The notes under the pieces were generated by a model. That model was given only the letters and a program-made list of their open reading frames with translations, searched no databases and was not told where the DNA came from. 48,677 nt of DNA from Candidatus Jordarchaeum sp. LHC_1308 (GTDB lineage: Archaea > Asgardarchaeota > Jordiarchaeia > Jordiarchaeales > Freyrarchaeaceae), in the NCBI GenBank assembly GCA_019057675.1, contig JAHLWX010000003.1, forward strand, positions 1-48,677, in the 5' to 3' direction. The translations under genes and the position numbers were made by a program. Numbering within the stretch: position 1 is the stretch's first letter; each line of letters starts with the position of its first letter. Below are positions 28,519-38,239 of this stretch, piece after piece.

Positions 28519-28775
28519 GTATAGAGATGTGCTAAAGAGATACGATAACCGTTTTCCCGCCAGCTAAGCCGCCTCCCCTTATTTTTTACAATCCTTTATT
28601 ACACTTCTCCTTTAAAAATTATCTCTCCACACCATAATCTTGGGGGCATCTAATAATGGATTGAGCGTTGTCAGCTCATTATGTTTGCAGTTTTTAGAAG
28701 ATGATAAGGTTTATAAAAGAATTGGGTGTAGTCCCCTTATCATGACTTGAACTGAGAGGCTAAAGGGGATATTAG

Positions 28776-29393
28776 ATGAGTAAGGAGCGTGTGAAGGATA
28801 CTTGGATCGCTAAGAAGTGGTTTACGGTTCTTGCGCCAACATACTTTGGAAATGTTGAGATAGGTTTGACGCCTGCTGACAGCCCGGAGAAAGCGATAGG
28901 CAGAGTAATGGAGACCACTCTTTACGATATTACTGGCGATTTCTCCTTTATCCATATTAAGCTTTACTTTAGGATAATAGATATTTCAGGGGACTTGGCT
29001 CAGACGGAGTTTTACGGCCATGAATTCACTAGAGACTATTTGAGGAGTCTTGTAAGGAGGGGTACTAGTAAAGTTGATGGAATATTTGACGTTGTAACTA
29101 AGGACGGACGAGCTTTGCGCGTTTATCCGGTAGTTTTCACGATTAATAGGATTAAATCTAGTCAGGAGAAGATTATCAGAAAGATGATGGAAGAGGTCGT
29201 GGAGAAGAAAGCGGAGCAGTTAAACTACGGGGATTATGCTCAAGAAATTGTGCTTGGAAAAATTGCTTCCGAGATATACAACTTAGCTAGGAAAATAGTT
29301 CCCTTAAGGAAGTGCGAGATTTGGAAAACGAAGCCCATTAAAGTACGGGCAATGGTGGGAGCGCCCCGAGCGGAGGCGCAAACCGCAGTTTAA
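28776..29393 (+). CDS. rps3ae: 30S ribosomal protein eS1 (S3Ae)
   Basis: The sequence KDTWIAKKWFTVLAPTYFG...FYGHEFTRDYLRSLVRR is typical of the family. Confidence 0.9.
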   Translation: MSKERVKDTWIAKKWFTVLAPTYFGNVEIGLTPADSPEKAIGRVMETTLYDITGDFSFIHIKLYFRIIDISGDLAQTEFYGHEFTRDYLRSLVRRGTSKVDGIFDVVTKDGRALRVYPVVFTINRIKSSQEKIIRKMMEEVVEKKAEQLNYGDYAQEIVLGKIASEIYNLARKIVPLRKCEIWKTKPIKVRAMVGAPRAEAQTAV

Positions 29394-29517
29394 TAAGAAG
29401 CTATTTTTTCTGGTGAAGTGGTCTTTCTATGGGCGCAGAAAGAGATTTGTTAAGAATGCGGATGTTGCCTAAGGTAATCCAGCCCTTCAGGCATTTTGAA
29501 CAAATACTTATACGTTT

Positions 29518-29769
29518 TTAGATTTTCCCGGTTAGCGTTGTGATGCCCCCTACAATTTTTATGCTTGCAAGTATGTCGTCTAGCGTCGACAGTAGAGTGT
29601 TAATGTTGCCATTATATTCAAGAAAAATTGTTAATGTATTCTCGTCTACTTTCATTTCAAGCTTCATGTCTCTAGGTAGAGGAGCATTGTCAGGAGACAA
29701 TGATCTCAACGTGATGGCGGCGTCAGAGGGAGACAAGAAATCTACTTCAATAATTACTTTAGCAATCAT
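29518..29769 (-). CDS. pcc1: Putative KEOPS subunit Pcc1 (CTAG/Pcc1 family)
   Basis: 83 aa. The alternating pattern AKVIIEVDFLSPSDAAITLRSLSPDN...LTIFLEYNGNINTLLSTLDDILASIKIV resembles archaeal Pcc1. The assignment is from memory only. Confidence 0.5.
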   Translation of the reverse strand: MIAKVIIEVDFLSPSDAAITLRSLSPDNAPLPRDMKLEMKVDENTLTIFLEYNGNINTLLSTLDDILASIKIVGGITTLTGKI

Positions 29770-29782
29770 AATAGGTCACTTC

Positions 29783-31216
29783 TCAATTCTTCCTGCTACC
29801 GAGTTCTGCACTTAAGTGTTCAATGAGTTCTTCCTCTCTGCCAGCTGGGATGTATGCCCCGGCAGCTAGGTCATGCCCGCCCGCAACAAAGCTTAACCCC
29901 ATCTTATTTATAACATACCGCATTAGTTCGCCTAAGTTTACCTCTTTCTTAACTTCTGCCCCTAAGCGGGTGGATACCTTAACTGCTGCTTCCTCTTCCG
30001 AGTAAGCAAACCCAACAATAACTTTGTCCTGATAGGGCCTTGATGAGGAAAGAATTGATGTCACTGTTCCAACCATCCTGTCATCAATATAATGTTCTCC
30101 ATTGAACCAGCAAATGTCACCTTTAACCTTCACTTTGTCTTTTTCAAGCCATTTCAGGTACTCCGCTAGCTTCGCCCGGTACTCGCCAGCAACCTTTATA
30201 GCTTCCCCAGAGATCCTTCGGTCTCCCATACATATAGCTAATCCCAAGCCCGTTTTCCTTGTTCGTCCACAAGCGTTAAGAAGAAAAGCGAATTCTCTAG
30301 AGTCCCTCATCGGCGTTCCAAGCGGCTCCCTAGTTAGAACATAAACTGTTCCTATGATACTTTGCGCCTCACTAGCACTCATTCCACCTGGTCCAAGCAT
30401 GTATTTGACAAGTTCCGATACAAGTCTTGACTTTTCATCCTGCGAAAGCTCAGATAATGTTCTCCATCGGTCACCGGATCTTAATGGAATCTTGACTCTC
30501 TCCACGAGGAACTTTACGCAGGCGGCATGATCACCGGATAACCCAGGTATGAATGGATCCATCGTGTATTCAAGGGCGACGGGTATAGGTCGCGTCTCCC
30601 GCCCGAAAAATATCAGATCCTTGACTTCTTCTATGACACCTGACTCAGTGGCTTCGCTTACTATCTCGGCGTTTAAGCCCGTTAGCCTTCGTCCTTCACC
30701 CTTATCTTGACGGTCGCCGAGCCCGCCAACAACAGCTAGGGCTGCAAGATCTCGATTAGCGTCGTCGATCTCTCTAGACACCAAGTAAGCCATTCCAGCA
30801 CTACTAATTTCAGTTCCTCCATCTAAACCGAAGAAGTGGGGATTAAAATGTAAGAAGTTTTCCTTATTCTCGCTCTCTGGAGGATGATGATCAATGATCA
30901 CCACATTTTCATTGAAAAATTTGTTTATGAGACTCAGCTGGCCGCTACCTAGATCTGTGAAAATGAATACCCCACTTTTTGAAAGGGACGTTATAACCCG
31001 CTCGCTAAGCTGGTGGACTATTCTAGCGTGAAATCTAGCACCAAGTCTTCTAAGCGTCTTCAACACTACACCAGCTGCCGCTAACCCATCAGCATCTAGA
31101 TGAGAAACCACATGAAAAATGTGGGAATTTGCCTTTTCAAGTATAAAATCAACAATGCTCCGGGCATAACTAATAATTTGATGGGGGGGCAACGCCTTGA
31201 AATCACCTTTTTTCAT
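29783..31216 (-). CDS. RecJ-like DHH/DHHA1 phosphoesterase (GAN/Cdc45-like nuclease family)
   Basis: Motifs [12 protein letters not shown] (VIIDHHPP) and the DHHA1 GGH motif ([10 protein letters not shown]) are present. Confidence 0.8.
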   Translation of the reverse strand: MKKGDFKALPPHQIISYARSIVDFILEKANSHIFHVVSHLDADGLAAAGVVLKTLRRLGARFHARIVHQLSERVITSLSKSGVFIFTDLGSGQLSLINKFFNENVVIIDHHPPESENKENFLHFNPHFFGLDGGTEISSAGMAYLVSREIDDANRDLAALAVVGGLGDRQDKGEGRRLTGLNAEIVSEATESGVIEEVKDLIFFGRETRPIPVALEYTMDPFIPGLSGDHAACVKFLVERVKIPLRSGDRWRTLSELSQDEKSRLVSELVKYMLGPGGMSASEAQSIIGTVYVLTREPLGTPMRDSREFAFLLNACGRTRKTGLGLAICMGDRRISGEAIKVAGEYRAKLAEYLKWLEKDKVKVKGDICWFNGEHYIDDRMVGTVTSILSSSRPYQDKVIVGFAYSEEEAAVKVSTRLGAEVKKEVNLGELMRYVINKMGLSFVAGGHDLAAGAYIPAGREEELIEHLSAELGSRKN

Positions 31217-31671
31217 TGCCTTACAAATAAGGCTGCTTTCTCCGGGTCGTACTTCCAGTCTGGTGGCAAAACACGGCGCTCTTTATAGTACTTCACTAAT
31301 CTATTAATCTTTGACTCTATAAGCTGAAGGCCTCTTCTCGAATGTAAGTCATTCCTATGTTCTTCAAGGTGCCTCCTGATCCTTAGGGCTCGCCGGATCA
31401 GGTTTGTAAGATCCTCTGGAAGTGTTGATGTCAGCCCGTGTTCTTTCATTATCTGCGTAACTTTCTTGCCTACTATCGGTTTAACAAGAGGAATGCCATA
31501 CTGGTCTCTTAGTATTATTCCGATCATAGACGGGGGGTAACCGCTCCTAGCTAGCTCCACAACCTTATCGACTACCCATTCCGGAGTTTTGTCGAACCAT
31601 TCTGGCGGTTTCTTTACTGGAGGACGCTTAGATGAGGATCTTCCCTTTTTCCTAGAATGCATTCTCGCCAT
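31213..31671 (-). CDS. rps15: 30S ribosomal protein uS15
   Basis: The sequence [17 protein letters not shown]...[30 protein letters not shown] is typical of the family. Confidence 0.95.
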   Translation of the reverse strand: MARMHSRKKGRSSSKRPPVKKPPEWFDKTPEWVVDKVVELARSGYPPSMIGIILRDQYGIPLVKPIVGKKVTQIMKEHGLTSTLPEDLTNLIRRALRIRRHLEEHRNDLHSRRGLQLIESKINRLVKYYKERRVLPPDWKYDPEKAALFVRQ

Positions 31672-31728
31672 AGTGGAACCCTTCTCTCAGCATTGGGTAA
31701 AAGCTAAGGAGTTGGTGAAACTCGATGT

Positions 31729-32301
31729 TTAAATAATTTTCGAGGATGTTAACCATTCAGCGAGCTTTCTTATGGCTTTCGCTCTATGTGATAACTTGTT
31801 CTTTTCATTGACGGAAAGCTCTGCAAAACTTCTACCATCACCATCCTCGGGTATGAATATGGGGTCAAAGCCGAAGCCATATTCCCCTCTAACATTGTAC
31901 GATATAAAGCCTGAAACTTCACCCTTAAAGACTATTACGTTTTCTCCGTTTGTGAACGCCACAACAGAAACAAATTTGGCTTTCCTATCTTTAACGCCGT
32001 CCATAAGTTTCAACACGCCTTTATTGCCTATTTTGCTAAAGACATAAGAAGAATAAGGCCCAGGAAAACCATTAAGTGCCTCTATGAAAAGGCCAGCGTC
32101 CTCAACAAAGAAGGGACATCCTGGATGTGCCTCACGCATCAGCCAAGCTAGACTGATCCTAGCGATATCCTCTAGACTTTCTGACTGTATCTCGAGACGT
32201 TTCACATCCCACCGTTCAACGCTTAACCCATATTCTGAAAAAACCATTTCAGCCTCTTGAAACTTGTGCCTGTTCCCTGTAGCAAAAAGAACATGTCTCA
32301 C
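31729..32301 (-). CDS. Non-canonical purine NTP pyrophosphatase (HAM1/RdgB/ITPase family)
   Basis: Motifs FATGNRHKFQE, FFVEDAGLFIEALNGFPGPYS, FGFDPIF and SHRAKA are present. I chose the GTG start at 32301 because it forms a GTGA overlap with the bud32 stop. The track start is 32337. Confidence 0.85.
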   Translation of the reverse strand: MRHVLFATGNRHKFQEAEMVFSEYGLSVERWDVKRLEIQSESLEDIARISLAWLMREAHPGCPFFVEDAGLFIEALNGFPGPYSSYVFSKIGNKGVLKLMDGVKDRKAKFVSVVAFTNGENVIVFKGEVSGFISYNVRGEYGFGFDPIFIPEDGDGRSFAELSVNEKNKLSHRAKAIRKLAEWLTSSKII

Positions 32302-32924
32302 CTTTCCCAGTAGCGCCCCCTCCTTTCGATTTCCCACATTTTCTCTATAACTTCATTCGCTTCTTCGAAAGTTTCCCTATAACCTTGAAGAACCGCGCTG
32401 AACCCTTCTTCAAAGACGTCATAATGACTGCTCTCCATTGCCCGCTTCATCAGGTGAAGGTCAACCCCCAAATCTTCAACGTTCCTCGAAAAGTCTCCAA
32501 GCCCAAAATCAATGAAAAAAATTTTCCCACCACTAACGATCATGTTTGAAGTTGTTAGATCTCCGTGCACTATGCCTTCCTTGTGAAGCCGTCCTATTAA
32601 CTTGCCTACTTCACGCAACAATCCGACTAGTTCTTCACGTGACAATTTTCTTTCCTTTATGAGGTCGCTTAGAGTTTTTCCATCGATATAATCCATAATT
32701 ATGGAGGTAGATTCCAAATTGATAAGGTAAACTGTGGGTGTTGGAACGCCAGCTTTTTTGGCGCTGTGGAGCAAGCGTGCCTCTCTAACGACCCTCTGTT
32801 TTCTCAAGTTGTCATCGAGTTCTTTAATTCTGTATAACTTGGGTTTACGCTCCTTAACGATAACTTTTTTCCCCGAGATGAAGTCAAGGAAAAGATGAGC
32901 TTCAGCTCCTTTTTTAATAATCAT
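32298..32924 (-). CDS. bud32: KEOPS kinase/ATPase Bud32
   Basis: Small RIO-like kinase with KGAEA, VHGDLTTSNMI and IDFGL motifs. It has an ATGA overlap with kae1. Confidence 0.9.
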   Translation of the reverse strand: MIIKKGAEAHLFLDFISGKKVIVKERKPKLYRIKELDDNLRKQRVVREARLLHSAKKAGVPTPTVYLINLESTSIIMDYIDGKTLSDLIKERKLSREELVGLLREVGKLIGRLHKEGIVHGDLTTSNMIVSGGKIFFIDFGLGDFSRNVEDLGVDLHLMKRAMESSHYDVFEEGFSAVLQGYRETFEEANEVIEKMWEIERRGRYWER

Positions 32925-33917
32925 GATGTCTCACCTTTGACCCATGAAACTTGAACTTCATCAAGACGCCACTTTGGCTTCACGTAACTTTCCTCCATCA
33001 TTAAGGTTCTTCCACTGATATACTCAAGTATTCCCGCCCAAGCTATCATTGCTCCGTTGTCTCCTGCTAGCTGCGGAGGAACCACGTGAAAAGAAGCACC
33101 ATGCTCTTCAGCTACCACCCTGATCATTTCTTGCAGTCTTCTGTTCCTGCCAACGCCTCCTGTTAGCAGAACGCTGTCCTTACGCGTATGCGCCAGAGCC
33201 CTTTCAGTAACCTCGGCTAACATGGAAAAACATACTTCTTGAACACTGTAACATAAATCTTCAGCTTTGCAACTGCCAATCTTGCCAACTGCAGCAGTGT
33301 AAACCCCTGAGTAGGAAAGATCCATTCCCTTGACAACATATGGCAACGAGACAAACACACTCCCTTTATACGCCAACTCTTCAATCTTAGGCCCACCGGG
33401 ATGCCTTAAGCCCAGCGCCCTAGCGAACATATCTAACATGTTCCCAATGGCTAGATCAAGCGTTTCCCCAAATATACGATACCTACCTTTCTCGTACGCT
33501 GCAACTAAAGTGTTTCCTCCTGAAACGTACAACGTTAGGGGATCTTCAACGTTTTCTGTAAGGCGGCCAATTTCAATGTGGGCCAGACAGTGATTAACAC
33601 CCACTAAGGGAACGTTAAGTGCCAGCGAGAGAGCTCTAGCAGCTGTCGCCACAGTCCTCAAACATGGGCCTTTAGGGGCTTCCTAACCCCGGCCCTCGAG
33701 AGAATGCGACTAAGTTAATCTCACTTATTTTAATGCCTGCCTCGTTTATGGCAGAGATAAGCACTTGCCTAACTACATTCGAGTGGTGCTGTGCGGCTTC
33801 CCTAGGGTGGATTCCGCCTTCAGCGGGTACATATTCATCTCTGACGTTCGCCAAGATCTCGCCTTCACTACTTACCACACCTACACCCAACGTGTGAGCG
33901 GTTCCTTCGATACCCAT
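32921..33917 (-). CDS. kae1: tRNA t6A synthesis protein Kae1 (KEOPS catalytic subunit), split by a 13-nt intron: complement(join(32921..33671,33685..33917))
   Basis: Track ORFs 33672..34169 (real start at M85, MGIEGTAHTLGV) and 32921..33661 are the two halves, in different frames. Removing 33672..33684 gives ...[43 protein letters not shown]. The product is 327 aa. Confidence 0.9.
33672..33684 (-). other. BHB-type mini-intron in kae1 (13 nt)
   Basis: Minus strand: GGGCC GGGG[UUA]ggaagcCCCU[AAA]GGCCC. The outer helix is 5 bp (33695-91 with 33670-66). The central helix is 4 bp (33690-87 with 33677-74, 3 G-C and 1 G.U). There is a 3-nt 3' bulge. The 5' site lies in the terminal loop, so there is no inner helix. 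Canonical cleavage gives GGG UU|A GGC CCA. Confidence 0.75.
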
Positions 33918-33972
33918 ACATAGTAGGCGGTGGCCGCATAAAGCCGTTCTCACGAATTTCAGTGTAGCGCTG

Positions 33973-34182
33973 TCAGCTCTCCTCATTCTCCTTGTCCTCA
34001 TCCTCTTTTTTCTTTTCTTTAGCTTCCCTAACATACTCCGTGTATCCGCACCTTCCGCACGTGTAGCGGCGCCAGTGCTCCGCCATAAAGACGCCTGGTC
34101 CACACCTAGGGCAGAACCTTTTGGTACGAACCAGTCGACCATCAACGATCTTGTAATATTTGCTAACACTCATTGTCGACAT
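33973..34182 (-). CDS. rps27ae: 30S ribosomal protein eS31 (S27ae)
   Basis: The zinc-ribbon sequence [26 protein letters not shown] is typical of the family. Confidence 0.9.
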   Translation of the reverse strand: MSTMSVSKYYKIVDGRLVRTKRFCPRCGPGVFMAEHWRRYTCGRCGYTEYVREAKEKKKEDEDKENEES

Positions 34183-34196
34183 ACCTCCTTTAGTTC

Positions 34197-34526
34197 CTAA
34201 GCTGTACTCTCGCTTTCTTCACTAAGGTTACGCTTAATAATGTGTTTCGGTTCTATCCGAAGCGCTGCGTCTTTGGAGCTGTAAACTCGAGCCGCGCCTC
34301 TAGACCAGCCAATACCATACTCCGTCTCCAGCTTCCGTAGGAATACTTGGTCTAGGGAGACGTTGAGCAAGGCAGCGAGCTTGCGCCGAACCTCTACTCT
34401 GCTTGGCGTACCTTCACGTTCATGCTTCACTATGAAAACTACTTCTTCCCTGTCAAAGAAAGGATTCTTACTTCGGGAAACGATTTCCACTTCCATCACA
34501 TGATACCTCCCGCATTTCTTTAACAA
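34197..34526 (-). CDS. rps24e: 30S ribosomal protein eS24
   Basis: The sequence [46 protein letters not shown] is typical of the family. The true start is probably the internal ATG at 34496. Confidence 0.9.
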   Translation of the reverse strand: MLKKCGRYHVMEVEIVSRSKNPFFDREEVVFIVKHEREGTPSRVEVRRKLAALLNVSLDQVFLRKLETEYGIGWSRGAARVYSSKDAALRIEPKHIIKRNLSEESESTA

Positions 34527-35037
34527 TGTTCATAACGATTCTTTTCGTATCCTCATCAGCCTCTAGAACAACTAATCCTTGCCCAGGCTGACCATAAATT
34601 ATTATCGTCCCCTCCGGGGCGAGTATTACAACGGGTATTGTAAGTAAATCTTCTTCCCCTTCAACTTCAACGCATACTTTGCCAGCTTTCGAATATGCGT
34701 CCCTGAAGACTTTCCAAGCATCCTTCTTTATCAGTCCCGGAGGATTTTTTAAAGTGAGCTTATCCCAACCGTCTAAGTTAATTTTGAGTCTAACATTTCT
34801 AAGAGTCTTTCCATCAACTACAACTATGTCCGGTTCAACACCAACTTCTAGAAGTGTTTTCGTTACAACATCACCGACCGCAACCACCTTCATGCTTCCC
34901 TCTTTCCCCTCAAGCATACGCTTAACCTTTATGCTACTTTCAGGATGTTGCCCTTCAACCAGCACTCCGATGGGCGCCTTAAGCCGCTCCCGCAACTCTA
35001 AAGGTAACTCCAAATCGCAGTCCGTCACTTGGTTCAC
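34468..35037 (-). CDS. DUF359 protein (GTP-dependent dephospho-CoA kinase family)
   Basis: Motifs VVAVGDVVTKTLLEVGVEPDIVVVDGKTLR and IIYGQPGQGLVV are present. It occupies the conserved slot between spt4 and rps24e. Confidence 0.7.
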   Translation of the reverse strand: MNQVTDCDLELPLELRERLKAPIGVLVEGQHPESSIKVKRMLEGKEGSMKVVAVGDVVTKTLLEVGVEPDIVVVDGKTLRNVRLKINLDGWDKLTLKNPPGLIKKDAWKVFRDAYSKAGKVCVEVEGEEDLLTIPVVILAPEGTIIIYGQPGQGLVVLEADEDTKRIVMNIVKEMREVSCDGSGNRFPK

Positions 35038-35219
35038 CTAACCTTCAACGCGTACCTACCTTTCTTTTTTATATCCAGCTTTCTAGCTATCTGTGATCCT
35101 TCAGGGTCAAAAACGATCAGCAACCCTCCATAATCATCCGAGAGGAAAGATGTTTTACACTCAGGACACATTTGATCTCGAACCAGAAGTTTACAGTTGC
35201 GGCAGGCTCGCTCCCTCAT
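35034..35219 (-). CDS. spt4: Transcription elongation factor Spt4 (RpoE'')
   Basis: 61 aa with the zinc ribbon CRNCKLLVRDQMCPEC. It has an ATGA overlap with the downstream DUF359 gene (34468..35037). Confidence 0.85.
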   Translation of the reverse strand: MRERACRNCKLLVRDQMCPECKTSFLSDDYGGLLIVFDPEGSQIARKLDIKKKGRYALKVR

Positions 35220-35241
35220 GTCCCTTTAACCCCCATATACG

Positions 35242-35808
35242 TTATCCTTTCTTTTCACCATTCTTCTTTTCCGTTTCCTCCTTTATCCACTCCAGCTTCC
35301 CTAAGAATGGCTGGCGCATAGTTAACCCTATCTTTCCTCCTCTAGCTCCTCCAACCATAGAAACAGAGACAACTCTTGCCCTCACGATATCATTCTGCAT
35401 TAGACGCTTCCCCGTCTCTTTTCCCGTTAATATCCCGGCTTTGCTATCATAATCAATAAAGTCATCCATAAGCTGAGAAATGTGTATAAGTCCCTCAATG
35501 GGGCCCAGACGTACGAATAAGCCGAAGTCAACGATCGCTGTCACAACCCCTTCAACAATTTCGTTCTGCTCAGGCTTAAATGTGAGGACGCGAAAGGTCG
35601 CCTCATAAAAGGCGCCTCCATCACCCGGGATAAGACGCCCAACGCCGACATCCTCCACATCAACGACGCAAAGCACGATTCCAAGCTCAGGATCCATAAC
35701 TTTCTCATATTCCTGCCTGAGCATTTCAAGAGCAACTTTCTCAACAGGTTCCCCAAATCTGTCGGGGGGAATTCTAAGCACATCCTTAAGAGTGACAAGT
35801 TTATACAC
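35242..35808 (-). CDS. rpoE: DNA-directed RNA polymerase subunit E' (Rpo7)
   Basis: The sequence MYKLVTLKDVLRIPPDRFGE...GAFYEATFRVLTFKPEQNEIVEGVV is followed by an S1 domain. Confidence 0.9.
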   Translation of the reverse strand: MYKLVTLKDVLRIPPDRFGEPVEKVALEMLRQEYEKVMDPELGIVLCVVDVEDVGVGRLIPGDGGAFYEATFRVLTFKPEQNEIVEGVVTAIVDFGLFVRLGPIEGLIHISQLMDDFIDYDSKAGILTGKETGKRLMQNDIVRARVVSVSMVGGARGGKIGLTMRQPFLGKLEWIKEETEKKNGEKKG

Positions 35809-35915
35809 GCAACACCACCCCCACTACAAACACCAGCCAGCGCCAACAAACATCAAATCAAACGTCAAGATACAAGAAAACAGGCTAGTCAGCCTCACGA
35901 CTAACACTAATCCCT

Positions 35916-36329
35916 TTATAAAATTTCCCCATCAAGAATTAAACGATTTTTCTGTCTCAAATAAATTACAGGCACACCAATCTGCCTGAGCCGCTTGCGA
36001 AGCACAGCATCATTAGTCGCTACAATGCAACGCTCCTTACTGGCATACTTAAGAATCAAGTCATCCACGCCTTCGCCTTCAACCCCCGGCGGGCAAACTC
36101 TAAATCTCCCTTTCTCAACGAATGCTAAAGCCGCCTCGGCCAGCTTCCCCTTCCTTCCACCTTTTTCAGCTAGTCTCCTTAACTCGTCAAGCACACAATC
36201 CAAAACTACAACTTCGTAGCGTCTATCGATAACTTGACTAAGCTCCGAAAAAATATCTTTTCCAAGCAGAAATGGAGCAATCAGAAAGTTGCTGTCAACT
36301 ACAACTTTAACGTACGATTCCCCATCCAA
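35916..36329 (-). CDS. PIN-domain endoribonuclease (Fcf1/Utp24-like, COG1412-type)
   Basis: PIN acidic residues are present (VVVDSNFL, DCVLDEL, ATNDAVL). It occupies the conserved slot between aIF2-gamma and rpoE'. Confidence 0.75.
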   Translation of the reverse strand: MDGESYVKVVVDSNFLIAPFLLGKDIFSELSQVIDRRYEVVVLDCVLDELRRLAEKGGRKGKLAEAALAFVEKGRFRVCPPGVEGEGVDDLILKYASKERCIVATNDAVLRKRLRQIGVPVIYLRQKNRLILDGEIL

Positions 36330-37565
36330 TAAGTCTCCACCTTCCTGAAACCATTCGATTCACAGCCACTCTCTGACCGCACTCAGCACACACGGGGCGT
36401 CGCAACACTACCTCGACTTCGTCGCTTTTAATCGACGAAACGGTACCAACGGTCACTGCTGACCCAACATTCAGCATCAATGTTTCATTAACACGCACTT
36501 TTTCCACCTTAGAGAGCTCCTCGCTTCCCACGACGCGCTCCATTAGGTGAAGTTCAATGCACAAATCGTTACACACAGGTGGAAGTGTTCCAGGAGCACC
36601 CACAACATTTCCAATCAAACCATCGGCTTTAGTCAAAGAAGGATCCAGCAGTGTACCAATACCGATTAGTCCACCCGGCAAAGCTTCATTGAGTGGTACA
36701 TCACCAGCATGCAAACTTACAACATCAGTATAAATAGGCTCAAACCCACCCTTGACGGCGGCACCTGGTCGAATTTCAATCTCATCTCCAACCTTAACTC
36801 TACCCTGAACGATCGTACCTCCAATAACGCCTCCAACAAGATCCTCAGGTCTAGTCCCCGGCTTATTCACGTCAAATGACCTTGCCACATACATCCTCAT
36901 GGGCTTACTTGGGTCTCTGACAGGGTTAGGGATGCGTTCCTCCATAAACTGCAGCAAAACATCCAAGTTAGCGCCAAAAACAGCTGAAACAGGAATAATA
37001 GGAGCATCCTCAGCAAAACTACCTCTAATAAATTCTTTGATCTGCCTGAAATTTTCTAACGCCTTCTCTCTAGAGACAAGTTCGACTTTATTCTGAACAA
37101 TAACAATGTTCTTCACGCCAACGATTTCCAAAGCAGCAAAATGCTCCCGAGTCTGTGGCTGAGGACAGGGTTCATTAGCAGCAATAACAAAGACGCATCC
37201 ATCCATCAGCGACGCACCCGACAGCATCGTCGCCATCAGCCGCTCATGACCGGGCGAATCCACAAAGCTAATCTTCCTTACAAACTCAGCATCGCTCCCA
37301 CATTTAGGGCATTTCCATCCCCCAGCCATAGCCAAAGTAAAGTAACAGTCAGGAGGCGGGCACGACGGGCATTTCAAAACAATAGCATCAGCGTAACCCA
37401 GTTTGATCGTAATACCACGACGTTGCTCCTCACTATGACGGTCAGCCCAGACGCCAGTCAAAACATGAACAAGCGTTGTTCTCGGCCCCTCCGGCATCAG
37501 CCGCAGGGCTTACCGTGATCAACATGGCCCGCTGTGCCAATCGAAACCAAACTCTGCGTTCTCAT
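36307..37565 (-). CDS. eif2g: Translation initiation factor aIF2 gamma subunit, split by a 29-nt intron: complement(join(36307..37480,37510..37565))
   Basis: The track ORF (36307..37497) lacks the P-loop. Upstream, a 19-codon exon reads MRTQSLVSIGTAGHVDHGK. Removing 37481..37509 gives ...[39 protein letters not shown]. The product is 409 aa. Confidence 0.9.
37481..37509 (-). other. BHB-type intron in aIF2-gamma (29 nt)
   Basis: Minus strand: CGGU[AAG]CCCUGCGG-cugaug-CCGGAGGG GCCG[AGA]ACAACG. The central helix pairs 37515-12 with 37486-83 (3 G-C and 1 G.U). Two 3-nt bulges flank it. The inner helix is 8 positions with one G/G mismatch. Cleavage gives GGU AA|A ACA (Gly-Lys-Thr). Confidence 0.8.
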
Positions 37566-37717
37566 AGCCTTCTCGTAAGCCTCACCCAACAAAATACCCC
37601 CTTTTTCAAATTTTTAGAAACACCATGAAGAACACTTTATTTAAAACTTTCCAGCTAAACTCATACTCCACCATTATGAACCGATTAGAATTTGTTATTT
37701 AATTTGAAACGGAAATC

Positions 37718-37754
37718 CCTTTATGGCCTTACGGAATCTTCCTTTATGGCCTTA
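37718..37754. repeat. 14-nt direct repeat CCTTTATGGCCTTA, two copies, in the aIF2-gamma/aEF1-alpha divergent intergenic region
   Basis: The two copies at 37718-37731 and 37741-37754 are exact. The spacing is 23 nt centre to centre. Confidence 0.6.
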
Positions 37755-38239
37755 TAAAGTGGCAACAACTAAAGGAACACTTTGTTCCTCATATGAAAAC
37801 TTATATATGAACACTCGATAACAAACCATTAATAAATTATGAGTGGCTCATTTGACCACGGTCAGCCGCCGCCCCTTCTTTTCATCAGGATTTTGATGTT
37901 AACGACATTTCTGTTAGGGTTTCCTTTTTTATCCTTTAAATTACCGGACAAGAACCTTTAAGGATTCATTGTCTATTCGCCCCAGTTTGGCCTTCAAGGC
38001 GCTAGAGAGGGACGGACAAGCTGTCCAATTTGAGGTAACAATGATAGACTATGGTGGATGAAGAATGAGGAGCTGTCGAATAAGATCATCCGAATAAGAA
38101 ATAAGAAGATAGACATGTAACCGGCTGACTCTACGACATGTTCGACGTAGCTTGAACGCTGGAACCTGTCCGGAAGACGGCGAAAAGAATAAAAAAGGAG
38201 CACAATACACATTCTTAGCAAGTGATTGGAGGAGTAAAA

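Noticed and set aside
33918-34169. The N-terminal 84 aa of track ORF 33672..34169 ([13 protein letters not shown]...)
   Set aside because: This stretch overlaps rps27ae (33973..34182) in another frame and has a basic low-complexity composition. Kae1 homology begins at MGIEGTAHT (ATG 33917).
37481-37497. ATG at 37497 as the aIF2-gamma start codon (as in the ORF track)
   Set aside because: It lies inside the predicted intron. Using it would produce a GTPase without its G1/P-loop. The P-loop is encoded by the 56-nt upstream exon.
38040-38130. Possible C/D-box sRNA (GGATGA ... CTGA) in the aIF2-gamma/aEF1-alpha spacer
   Set aside because: The C-box candidate deviates from RUGAUGA. No C'/D' pair or terminal stem could be found. 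The evidence is too weak to call.
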